Assembly: GCA_963795085.1 (NCBI GenBank)
Contig: CAWCFX010000001.1
Location: 320,001 to 384,000 of the forward strand
Length of the DNA stretch: 64,000 nucleotides
Direction: 5' to 3'
Origin: an uncultured Gemmatimonadales bacterium
GTDB lineage: Bacteria; Gemmatimonadota; Gemmatimonadetes; Gemmatimonadales; GWC2-71-9
Every line of letters begins with the position of its first letter. Positions within the stretch are counted from its first letter, which is position 1. The notes beneath the pieces were generated by a model. That model was not told the DNA's origin. It ran no database searches and saw only the letters and a program-made list of their open reading frames with translations. Of this stretch, positions 9,456-17,715 are shown one piece after another. Position numbers and translations under genes: made by a program.

Positions 9456-9831
9456 TGGACCGTCCTCCCAGTTCGTCGTCCAGCGCGACCTTCAGCTCCG
9501 CGAACGGAATCCCCAGTCGGCCGGCCTCGGCCAGCATGCCGCGAATCAGTTGTCGCGCCTGAATGCTGCGTTCCTCCGCTCGTTGCTCCGAAGGAATCGC
9601 CTTCACGAAGCTGCCGGCTCCCTGGCGCAATTCGACAAACCCGGCGCCTTCCAGATCGCGGTAGGCTTGGACCGCGGTGGCGGGGTTCACCCGGAGTCGG
9701 GCGGCCAGCTGCCGGACCGAGGGGAGGGGGTCACCCGGGGCAAGATCCCCCGCCGCGATGGCGACCCGGATGCGTTCAGCGATCTGGGCGTAGAGCGGGG
9801 TGGGGCTCCGGGGGTCGATGCGTTCGAACAA
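9448..9831 (-). CDS. GntR family transcriptional regulator, YtrA subfamily
   Basis: PLYAQI...GDPLPSVRQLA...VNPAT...AYRDLE...GAGSFV with a short C-terminal domain; TTG start after GGAG RBS. Confidence 0.92.
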   Translation of the reverse strand: MFERIDPRSPTPLYAQIAERIRVAIAAGDLAPGDPLPSVRQLAARLRVNPATAVQAYRDLEGAGFVELRQGAGSFVKAIPSEQRAEERSIQARQLIRGMLAEAGRLGIPFAELKVALDDELGGRSND

Positions 9832-9844
9832 TTCACTCCTAGTG

Positions 9845-9868
9845 TATCACTGTAGCAATACAGTGATA
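9845..9868. promoter_or_regulatory. Palindromic operator, probable YtrA/GntR autoregulatory site
   Basis: Perfect 10-bp inverted repeat TATCACTGTA-gcaa-TACAGTGATA just upstream of gntR; minus-strand TTGACA at 9888-9883. Confidence 0.75.
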
Positions 9869-10006
9869 TCTCAAGGCTGTTTTGTCAAGCGGCTGGGGCA
9901 CCCTGGCCGGACTCTCCGCTCACGCGACCCGAACTCCGGCTGTATATTCCGCCTCCGCCGGAGCGCTGCCTCCTTTCTCATCTTATTGAACATCAAGGGT
10001 TTGTCC

Positions 10007-11662
10007 GTGTCCAAGATTCTCCCGCTCCGTTACCAGCCAGGCCTCCCTCTCGATCGCCTGATTCTCCGGGAACCGCCCCACTCCGAGGCCATTGAAATGG
10101 ATGTGGTCTTCGTCGGGGCCGGGCCGGCCGGGCTGGCTGGCGCCATCGAACTGGCCCGGCTGGTCAAGCAGGACCAGGATGCGGGCGGCACCCTGGGCGA
10201 GGTCAGCATCGCGCTGCTCGAGAAGGCGGGCAGCCTGGGAGAACACAACCTCTCCGGCGCCGTGGTCAATCCCCGGGCGATGCGCAGTCTCTTCCCCGGC
10301 TTGTCGGACAGCGAGTTTCCCTTCCGGCAGCCGGTGACCGGCGAGTCGGTCCAGATGCTGACCGCCAGCCGGGCGCTGACAATCCCGGTGCCGCCGACGA
10401 TGAAAAACCACGGAAACCACATCGCCAGTATCTGCGAGATCGTCCGCTGGCTGGGTGAGAAGGCAGAGGGCCTCGGCGTCAATATCTTTCCGGGGTTTCC
10501 GGTGGACTCGCTCCTGGTCCAGGAGACCCGGGTCATCGGCGTCCGTACCACGCCGAGCGGTCTGGAGCGAGACGGATCCCGGGGCCCCAACTATGCCGAG
10601 CCCACCGACCTGACGGCGAAGGTCACGGTGCTGGCCGAAGGCACCCGGGGACCGCTGGGCCAGGCCTGGCGGCAGTGGCAGGATATCGGCTCGCCCAATC
10701 CCCAGATGTTCGCGCTCGGCGTCAAGGAGATATGGCAGGTCAAGGCGCCGGTGGACCGCATCATCCATACGCTCGGTTGGCCGCTGCCTCCCGACGCTTT
10801 CGGCGGTAGTTTCCTCTACCCGCTGTCTCCCGAACTCGTAGCCCTGGGGCTGGTCGTCGGCACCGATTATCGCGACGCCAACCTCGATGTTCACGTCCTC
10901 CTCCAGCAGATGAAGCTGCACCCGTTCTTCCGCCCGGTGCTGGAAGGCGGCGAAATGTTGGAGTGGGGCGCCAAGACCATTCCGGAAGGCGGCTACCACT
11001 CGCTCCCCGAGCGGTTAAGCGGGGATGGCCTCGTGATGATCGGCGATACGGTGGGATTCGTAGATGTCCCCTCGCTCAAGGGGATTCACTACGCGATGGA
11101 GTCGGGCATGCTGGCGGCACGGGCCATCTTTGCGGCGCTCAAGGCGGGCAGTGCGAGCGGGGCCTCCCTGGCCGCCTATGACCGGTCCATCCGCGAGAGT
11201 TACATCGTCCAGGACATGAAGAAGACCCGGAACATGCGGCTGGCGTTCAAGTCCGGCTTCGTCGCCGGGGGGGTCAAAGCCGGCCTGATGACGCTCACTG
11301 GAGGCCGGTTGCTGGGCGGCCGGATCACAGCCCCGGAGGATGCGGCAGAAGAGAAAGTGGTGACGCCCGCTCAGCCGTTCGTGCCGGACAACGTGCTGAC
11401 CTACAGCAAGGTGGACGCGGTGTTCAAGTCTGGCAACCAGACCCGCGATTCCATTCCGGCCCATCTGGTGGTGGGAAAGGACGTTGGCGGCGATGTCGCC
11501 GAGTTCTACAGCCACGTGTGTCCGGCCGGAGTGTACGAGCGGGTGGGAGACGAGTTGCGGGTCAACGCTCCCAACTGCGTGGACTGCAAGGCTACCGACG
11601 TCCTGGGCCCGCGCTGGACTCCCCGCGAAGGAGGCAGCGGCCCCAAGTACCGGACCATGTGA
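10007..11662 (+). CDS. Electron transfer flavoprotein-ubiquinone oxidoreductase (ETF-QO/FixC-like)
   Basis: DVVFVGAGPAG, HNLSGA, LGVKEIW, AKTIPEGG, KGIHYAM, CPAGVYE, EGGSGPKY; GTG start approximate. Confidence 0.92.
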   Translation: MSKILPLRYQPGLPLDRLILREPPHSEAIEMDVVFVGAGPAGLAGAIELARLVKQDQDAGGTLGEVSIALLEKAGSLGEHNLSGAVVNPRAMRSLFPGLSDSEFPFRQPVTGESVQMLTASRALTIPVPPTMKNHGNHIASICEIVRWLGEKAEGLGVNIFPGFPVDSLLVQETRVIGVRTTPSGLERDGSRGPNYAEPTDLTAKVTVLAEGTRGPLGQAWRQWQDIGSPNPQMFALGVKEIWQVKAPVDRIIHTLGWPLPPDAFGGSFLYPLSPELVALGLVVGTDYRDANLDVHVLLQQMKLHPFFRPVLEGGEMLEWGAKTIPEGGYHSLPERLSGDGLVMIGDTVGFVDVPSLKGIHYAMESGMLAARAIFAALKAGSASGASLAAYDRSIRESYIVQDMKKTRNMRLAFKSGFVAGGVKAGLMTLTGGRLLGGRITAPEDAAEEKVVTPAQPFVPDNVLTYSKVDAVFKSGNQTRDSIPAHLVVGKDVGGDVAEFYSHVCPAGVYERVGDELRVNAPNCVDCKATDVLGPRWTPREGGSGPKYRTM

Positions 11663-12837
11663 CGGTGCGGCGCCCGAGCGGGTCGTTTCACCTCCACCGG
11701 CTATGGCGGACCCCGGACCCCCTTCTGCTGGATGCCGGCGCCGAAGGGGAAGTGCTGGTGGCCCGGATCCGGCTGTTTATCTGTGCCACCCTGGTCCTTA
11801 TCCCGGTCTTCGGGCTCCGGGGTTCGACCAGCGACGAGACCATGGTCGGGGTCGGGGCCACGCTGGTGGCGCTCATCATCGCGATCGCGGTGTACTTGCT
11901 GGTCAAACAGGATTTCTACCGGCCCTGGCTCGGCATGCTCACCAGCCTGCTCGACGTGACGCTGGTGAGCGCGGCCCTCGCGATGTTTCTCCTTCTCGAG
12001 CAGCCCCACACGTCAGTCAACAGCCGGGTCATCTTCGAGGCCTATTTCCTTGCCATCGGCGCGACCAGCCTGCGCTATGATATCCGGATCTGCCTGGCGG
12101 CCGGGGCCCTGGGCATCGCCCAGTATTTCAGTATTGTCTGGTTCGCCTCGTCGTACTGGGACCTGAACAATCCCCTCTTCGCGCCCTTCCGCTACGGATT
12201 TTTCGACTGGGGGTCCCAACTCTCCCGGCTCATCCTGATGTTCATCGCCGCGGTGCTGAGCGCGGTCGTCGTGCTGCGGGCCCAGCGGCTGCGGCGGCTC
12301 TCGACCAGCGACCGGCTGACCGGGTTGATGAACCGGGGCTATTTCGACGAGCGGATGACGTCAGAGGTGAGCCGAGCCCGGCGCTACGGCCACCCGATGT
12401 CGGTGGCCATGATTGACGTGGACCACTTCAAGCGCTTCAACGACACCATGGGCCATGCCGCCGGGGACGCGGCCCTCCAGGTCCTCGCCGATACCATCAG
12501 GCACTCGCTCCGGCAGAGCGATATTGTGGCCCGCTACGGGGGCGAGGAGTTCGTGGTGATCATGCCGATGACTACCCTGGCCCAGGCGGCCGAGAAGCTG
12601 GACGCCATGCGCCTGGCGGTTGCCAATCTTGTCATCGACGTCCCCAAGCGGGGGGCGCAGGCCCAGCTCACGATCAGTGCCGGCGTGGCCTGTCTTCCCG
12701 AGGACGGCGTTCAGGATGACGACCTCCTGGACATTGCGGATCGCCGGCTCTTCCTGGCTAAACAGGGGGGGCGGAATAAAATCGGCCGGGCAGGGGGGCA
12801 GAACCAGATGCGGGATGGTAGGGCGACAAGGCCTTGA
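11659..12837 (+). CDS. Membrane-bound diguanylate cyclase
   Basis: About six TM segments, then DRLTGLMNR, DVDHFKRFND, RQSD I-site, GGEEF; GTG overlaps the ETF-QO stop. Confidence 0.92.
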   Translation: MTVRRPSGSFHLHRLWRTPDPLLLDAGAEGEVLVARIRLFICATLVLIPVFGLRGSTSDETMVGVGATLVALIIAIAVYLLVKQDFYRPWLGMLTSLLDVTLVSAALAMFLLLEQPHTSVNSRVIFEAYFLAIGATSLRYDIRICLAAGALGIAQYFSIVWFASSYWDLNNPLFAPFRYGFFDWGSQLSRLILMFIAAVLSAVVVLRAQRLRRLSTSDRLTGLMNRGYFDERMTSEVSRARRYGHPMSVAMIDVDHFKRFNDTMGHAAGDAALQVLADTIRHSLRQSDIVARYGGEEFVVIMPMTTLAQAAEKLDAMRLAVANLVIDVPKRGAQAQLTISAGVACLPEDGVQDDDLLDIADRRLFLAKQGGRNKIGRAGGQNQMRDGRATRP

Positions 12838-12961
12838 TTGTAACAGAATCGTAGTATTATTCACATCTTAGCAATGTTTTGCAGTTTGGCAACACCTGTC
12901 GGCATAATGTGTTATGCTGTTCAGTAAGGTTATCAAGATTATTGTGAATAGTTTGTTGATA

Positions 12962-12989
12962 TTGACCGCCCTCCCGATCATCCTATGTT
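12962..12989 (+). promoter_or_regulatory. Sigma70-like promoter
   Basis: TTGACC (12962-12967), 16-bp spacer, TATGTT (12984-12989), after an AT-rich upstream tract. Confidence 0.6.
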
Positions 12990-12995
12990 AGCCCC

Positions 12996-13244
12996 CTGCA
13001 TTCGTGTTGTTTGAGAAGGCCCCTTCGCCAGAGGGTCGTTGTGGTTCGATTCGACCGGTCCACCCCGGTATGGAAAGGGGTGGGCGCCGGTCGGAGCCTT
13101 GTCGGGTTTGGTGAGCAGGCGCACGGCGGAGGATTGGCGGCCCCCACAAATTGACCTTGCGGCACGGCGGTACGTCAGCAGAAGAAAGGCCTCAGCGCCT
13201 TTACCCCAACGGCCCTGCTGACGTACCCCGCGCTGCTTTTTTTA
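12996..13244 (+). ncRNA. Candidate structured small RNA of unknown family
   Basis: Promoter upstream; long hairpins at 13043-13098 and 13159-13236 with G-U pairs favouring the + strand; 3' T run; no convincing protein. Confidence 0.55.
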
Positions 13245-14081
13245 TTCCTGGAAGGTGTTACAACTTTCCGGCCTCCCCGATTCCAGCCCCCGCCGGAGCC
13301 ACTCCACCCGTTGTGAAGAACTTCCGTGGGTCCAGGTTTCGGGGCTGGCGGCGCCACCTCCCATGCGCTGCAGGCGGTCATCTCCAATGGCCGCTGCGGC
13401 ATTCAGACCTTCCTCAACGTCCCCCGGCTCGAGAGTGACCTGTCCCGCAGTCTGGTGGCCCCAGACCCCGGCATAGCAGTCCGCCTGCAGTTCCAGCCGC
13501 ACTGAAAGGTCATTCGCGGCATCGGGCCGCTGCTGTTGAGCGGATCGGACCTGGTCGCTGATCCCGGTCAGTTGCTGGACATGATGGCCGATCTCGTGCG
13601 CGACGACGTAGGCCTGAGCGAAGTCTCCCGGGGCGCCGAACCGTTCATGCAGTTCACCGAAGAAGCCAAGGTCGAGGTAGACCTGCTGGTCCGCGGGGCA
13701 GTAGAACGGCCCCGATGCCGACTGGCCCACCCCGCACGCCGTGGACGTGGCATCCCGGAAGATGACCAGCCGGGCATCCTGGTATCGCTGGCCCGCTGCC
13801 GAAAAGATGCGTGACCAGGTGGCCTGGGCATCGTCCAGCACGTCGGACATGAAGTCCATCTGCAACTCTTCTTCCGGCGTTCCCACATAGGGCGTACCGT
13901 CGGCGGCGGGAGCCACCCCCGGGTCGCCCCCGCCGCCCGCCATCGAGAGGAAATCCTTCCCGAAAACCAGGCTCAGGACCAGGAGGAGGACGGTGCCACC
14001 CACCCCCATCCCCACGCCGCCCATTCGCATGCCCCGGCGGTCTTCAATGTTCGCGCTCCGGCCACCCCGTGTCCATCGCAT
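13242..14081 (-). CDS. Neutral zinc metallopeptidase, YpfJ family
   Basis: MRW...SANIEDRR, GPFYCPAD, GDFAQAYVVAHEIGHHVQ, LELQADCYAG, IGDD, THGSS. Confidence 0.92.
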   Translation of the reverse strand: MRWTRGGRSANIEDRRGMRMGGVGMGVGGTVLLLVLSLVFGKDFLSMAGGGGDPGVAPAADGTPYVGTPEEELQMDFMSDVLDDAQATWSRIFSAAGQRYQDARLVIFRDATSTACGVGQSASGPFYCPADQQVYLDLGFFGELHERFGAPGDFAQAYVVAHEIGHHVQQLTGISDQVRSAQQQRPDAANDLSVRLELQADCYAGVWGHQTAGQVTLEPGDVEEGLNAAAAIGDDRLQRMGGGAASPETWTHGSSSQRVEWLRRGLESGRPESCNTFQE

Positions 14082-14228
14082 AACCACTCCCGGAAGGGTT
14101 TCCCCGAATAAACGCTGGCCGGCTGAACGCCGCTGTGGCAAATGACCCGGAAGCGAGATTCGGATAGCGGATTCCCAAGCGCGGCCTGCAGGTCAGCCAG
14201 AAATCGGGAACTTTCATCTGCAATCGCT

Positions 14229-14768
14229 TCACCGCAGTTTCGCCGCCCACTGTTTCCGCAGCTTGGCGACCTTGGGGGCCACCACCGCCCGGCAGTATCC
14301 CTGGTCCGGGTTCCGGGCGTAGTAGTCACGGTGGTACGCCTCGGCGGGATAAAACGCGATCAAGGGAGCCACCTCGGTGACGATCGGTGCGGGGAAGACC
14401 CGCTCCTCGTTCAGCAGCGTGATCATGGCCTCGGTTTCGATCCGCTGGCTGGCTGTCTCATAGAAAACGGCCGACCGGTACTGGGTGCCCGTGTCCGCAC
14501 CCTGGCGATTGAGAGTGGTCGGGTCATGGATAGTGAAAAAGATCTCAAGCAGCTCCCGAAAACGTATCTGGGCCGGGTCAAAGGTGAGCCGGACCGCTTC
14601 GGCGTGTCCGGTCTCTCCGCCGCATACCGCCTCGTAGGTCGGGTCGGCACCCTTGCCGCCGGTGTAACCGGATTCGACCTTCTCTACCCCGCGGACATTG
14701 AGAAAGACGGCCTCCAGGCACCAGAAACACCCGCCCGCCAGCGTCGTGACCTCTTGTGCTTCGCTCAT
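14229..14768 (-). CDS. msrA: Peptide-methionine (S)-S-oxide reductase
   Basis: GGCFWC, GHAE, HDPTTLNRQG, GTQYRS, FYPAEAYH, GYC; alternative ATG at 14774. Confidence 0.95.
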   Translation of the reverse strand: MSEAQEVTTLAGGCFWCLEAVFLNVRGVEKVESGYTGGKGADPTYEAVCGGETGHAEAVRLTFDPAQIRFRELLEIFFTIHDPTTLNRQGADTGTQYRSAVFYETASQRIETEAMITLLNEERVFPAPIVTEVAPLIAFYPAEAYHRDYYARNPDQGYCRAVVAPKVAKLRKQWAAKLR

Positions 14769-14770
14769 CT

Positions 14771-15193
14771 TCATCCTTCGCCGAAAATTTTGATGATTAC
14801 CCGCTTGCGGCGCTGACCGTCCCATTCCCCATAAAAGACCCGCTGCCAGGGTCCGAAATCGAGGCGGCCGGCGGTGATCGGGATGATCACCTCGTGGCCC
14901 ATCACGAGGCTCCGGAGGTGCGCTGCGGCGTTGTCCTCCCCCGTCTCATTGTGCTGGTACCGCCCGGGGTCCCAGGGGGCCACCGTATGCTCCAGCCAGT
15001 GAAGGATGTCTTTCCAGAGGCCCGATTCATGGTCGTTGACGAATACCGAAGCGCTGATGTGCATGGCCGAAACCAGCACGAATCCTTCCCGGATGCCGCT
15101 CGCGGTCACCTGCTCGGCCACCTGGTCGGTGATGTCGATGATCTCCTGACGCTTCCTGGTCTCGAACCAGAGGTAGTGGGTGTGGGTGGGCAT
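14771..15193 (-). CDS. YjbQ family (secondary thiamine-phosphate synthase) protein
   Basis: [34 protein letters not shown]. Confidence 0.88.
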   Translation of the reverse strand: MPTHTHYLWFETRKRQEIIDITDQVAEQVTASGIREGFVLVSAMHISASVFVNDHESGLWKDILHWLEHTVAPWDPGRYQHNETGEDNAAAHLRSLVMGHEVIIPITAGRLDFGPWQRVFYGEWDGQRRKRVIIKIFGEG

Positions 15194-15205
15194 GGATGAT
15201 AAAAA

Positions 15206-15331
15206 GGGGCCAGGGGGCAAGGGGGCAAGGGGGCAAGGCAGCCCGGAGCGCCGCGACCCACTGACCCACTGACCCACTGACCCACTAAACCCACTAAACC
15301 CACTAAACCCACTAACCCACTAACCCACTAA
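15206..15331. repeat. Compound short tandem repeat: GGGGGCAA x3, then ACCCACTG x3 and ACCCACTA(A) x6
   Basis: GGGGGCAA at 15213-15236; ACCCACT-core units at 15256-15331, the last containing the MFS gene stop codon. Confidence 0.9.
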
Positions 15332-16695
15332 ACCCCCGGAAGCACCTCCAGTGCCCGCTCCGCCTCCCTCGCTTCTCGCTGCCCGGCGTCCACATCAACC
15401 TTGAGAAGGAGCCAGGCTCCCAGGACAAAGAACCCGATGACTGAGAGGATCGACAGTCGAGTGGAGCCGGTGGCGGCGATGACCACCGCGATAATGGCTG
15501 GGCCGAAGACGCCGGCAAACTTCTCGAAGACCGCGAAGAATCCGAAGAACTCGCCCGACTGGTGCCTGGGGATCATGCTGGCGAAGAGCGACCGGCTGAT
15601 CGCCTGGGTGCCGCCCTGGACCATCCCGACCAGCACCGCCAGGATCAGAAAGTGGAGGGCCGTCGTCATGAAGTAGCCCAGGATGCTGATCCCGGCATAG
15701 ACCAGCAGGCCCAGGAAGATGGACTGCTTGGTGCCGATCCGATCGGCGAGCATCCCGTACAGGAAGGCAAAGGGGACCCCTACGAACTGGACCAGGAGGA
15801 TGGATGCGATCAGGGCGCCCCGCCCGATGCCCACCTCGGTGCCGTAAATGGTCGCCATTCGGATGATGGTGCCGATGCCGTCGTTATAGACCAGGAACGC
15901 CAGCAGCATCAGGAAGGCGTTCCGGTATCCGCGGAGTTGCCGGAAGGTTGCCGACAACTGGCGCAGGGCGGCCGAGAGCGGGGGACGCGGGGGACCTGGA
16001 GCGGCCCGCCGGGCCGGTTCGGCCACCCGCCGGAAAAGCGGAATGGAGAACAGCAGCCACCAGACCGCGACCGAGAGGAAGGCCAGCCGGGTGGGCAGGG
16101 TTGCCTGTTCCGGCGAGATGCCGGCGCCGTGCGGCAGGCCGAACCATTCCGGCTTCTGGATCCAGGCCAGGTTGAGGGCCAGCAGGAGTCCGGAGCCGAG
16201 GTAGCCCAGCGCATACCCGGCGGTAGAGACCCGGTTGATCTCTTCGGGCCGGGCCACGTGCGGCAGCAAGGCGTCATAGAACACGAAGCTGCCGTTGGCT
16301 CCGATGTTGGCGGCCACGAAGAGGCTGGCCGCGAGCAACCAGTCACCCCGCTGGATGAAGAACATCATGCCGACCGCGGCCACGCCCATCAGCATGAAGG
16401 CGGCCAGCAGCCGCTTCTTGGCGCCGGCATAGTCGGCGATCGTCCCCAGCAGGGGGGAAAGCGCCGCGATGAGGGCGAGGCCGATGGTCGTGGCGATGGT
16501 GAAGCGGAAGGTGGCGACCCGGGGCGGGAGATCGGCCGCCGCGACGGCCGAGAAGTAGATCGGGAAGATGGCGGTAATGATTACCACCATGAACGCCGAA
16601 TTGGCCCAGTCGTACATCGCCCAGGCCACCAGGGCCGGGCGATGGAGGCCGAGACGGGCGCGCCAGGTATGGTCGGGCAGGGTCGGGTTGGTCAC
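15328..16695 (-). CDS. MFS transporter, UMF1/ATG22-like
   Basis: AWAMYDWANSAF, FYDALLP, YALGYLG, YNDGI, GGTQAISRS, EFFGF; about 12 TM segments. Confidence 0.9.
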   Translation of the reverse strand: MTNPTLPDHTWRARLGLHRPALVAWAMYDWANSAFMVVIITAIFPIYFSAVAAADLPPRVATFRFTIATTIGLALIAALSPLLGTIADYAGAKKRLLAAFMLMGVAAVGMMFFIQRGDWLLAASLFVAANIGANGSFVFYDALLPHVARPEEINRVSTAGYALGYLGSGLLLALNLAWIQKPEWFGLPHGAGISPEQATLPTRLAFLSVAVWWLLFSIPLFRRVAEPARRAAPGPPRPPLSAALRQLSATFRQLRGYRNAFLMLLAFLVYNDGIGTIIRMATIYGTEVGIGRGALIASILLVQFVGVPFAFLYGMLADRIGTKQSIFLGLLVYAGISILGYFMTTALHFLILAVLVGMVQGGTQAISRSLFASMIPRHQSGEFFGFFAVFEKFAGVFGPAIIAVVIAATGSTRLSILSVIGFFVLGAWLLLKVDVDAGQREAREAERALEVLPGV

Positions 16696-16767
16696 CGGGA
16701 AGGGCGGGGAAGAGAAGGCTCAAAGGTACTGCGGGCGGACCGGCGCAACAACGCGCCGGGCCGCAGG

Positions 16768-17715
16768 TCATCCCTGCGAGGCCGGCCTCGCGATGGCGGC
16801 GGCCCGCCGGGTCTTCCGGATGGACAGCAGGACCGCGCCGGTCAAGGTCAGCAGGATGATGCCCAGCGATAGCGTGATCGGCAGGTGGACCCATTTGGCC
16901 AGCACCATCTTGATCCCCACGAAAATCAGAATGGCCGCCACGCCGGGTTTCAGGTACTCGAACTTGTCCAGCATTCCAGCCAGGATGAAGAACAGGGAGC
17001 GCAGGCCGAGGATGGCAAACACATTGGACGAATAGACAATAAAGGGATCCCGGGTGACCGCAAATATCGCCGGGATGCTGTCCACCGCGAACACCAGGTC
17101 GGTGGTCTCGATGATGATCAGCACCAGCAGGAGCGGCGTGGCGACCAGTTTGCCCCGGTGCCGGGTAAAGAAGCTCTGCCCGTGGTACGAGGTGGTAAAC
17201 GGCAGGATGCGCTGGGTCAGGCGGACCACCGGGTTCTTCTCCGGCTCGATCCGGGTCTCGCCGGCCTTGAGCATCTTGATGCCGGTGAAGATGACGATGG
17301 CCCCGAAGACATAGATGACCCACTCGAACTGTTCCAGCAGCAGAGCGCCCAGCAGGATCATGATGAATCGCATGACGATCGCGCCGATGATGCCCCACTT
17401 GAGCACCCGGGGCTGCAACTCGGCGGGCACGCTGAAATACTGGAACACCAGGATGAACACGAACAGGTTGTCCACGCTCAGCGACAGCTCGATGATATAG
17501 CCGGTGTAATACTCGAGCGCGTGCTGGGTGCCTTCCCGGTGAAGCAGGAACAGCCCGAAGAGGAGCGCCAGGCTGACCCACCCGGCACTCCAGCTGGCGG
17601 CCTCCTTGAAGCTGAGCACATGCGACTTGCGGTTGAACACGCCGAGGTCCAGCGCCATCAGGATGATGACGATGGCGCTGAACCCGATCCAGACGCTGAA
17701 CCCGTGATCGCCCAC
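16768..17715 (-). CDS. TerC/Alx family metal homeostasis membrane protein
   Basis: ELSLSVDNLFVF, ETTDLVFAVDSIPA, SNVFAILGLR; GTG abuts the htpX stop. Confidence 0.93.
   Translation of the reverse strand: MGDHGFSVWIGFSAIVIILMALDLGVFNRKSHVLSFKEAASWSAGWVSLALLFGLFLLHREGTQHALEYYTGYIIELSLSVDNLFVFILVFQYFSVPAELQPRVLKWGIIGAIVMRFIMILLGALLLEQFEWVIYVFGAIVIFTGIKMLKAGETRIEPEKNPVVRLTQRILPFTTSYHGQSFFTRHRGKLVATPLLLVLIIIETTDLVFAVDSIPAIFAVTRDPFIVYSSNVFAILGLRSLFFILAGMLDKFEYLKPGVAAILIFVGIKMVLAKWVHLPITLSLGIILLTLTGAVLLSIRKTRRAAAIARPASQG

Noticed and set aside
12896..12923. dif-like site (GCATAA...TTATG)
   Set aside because: The spacer between the arms is 4 bp rather than the 6 bp Xer recombination needs, and the XerD arm lacks TTATGTTAAAT-like outer bases.
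12838..12960. Replication origin (AT-rich, TTATTCACA fits the DnaA box consensus)
   Set aside because: Only one good and one mismatched box, and no origin-associated genes nearby.
15206..15331. CRISPR array (also considered at 411-458 and 45756-45901)
   Set aside because: Units are 8-9 bp and contiguous, with no spacers and no cas genes.
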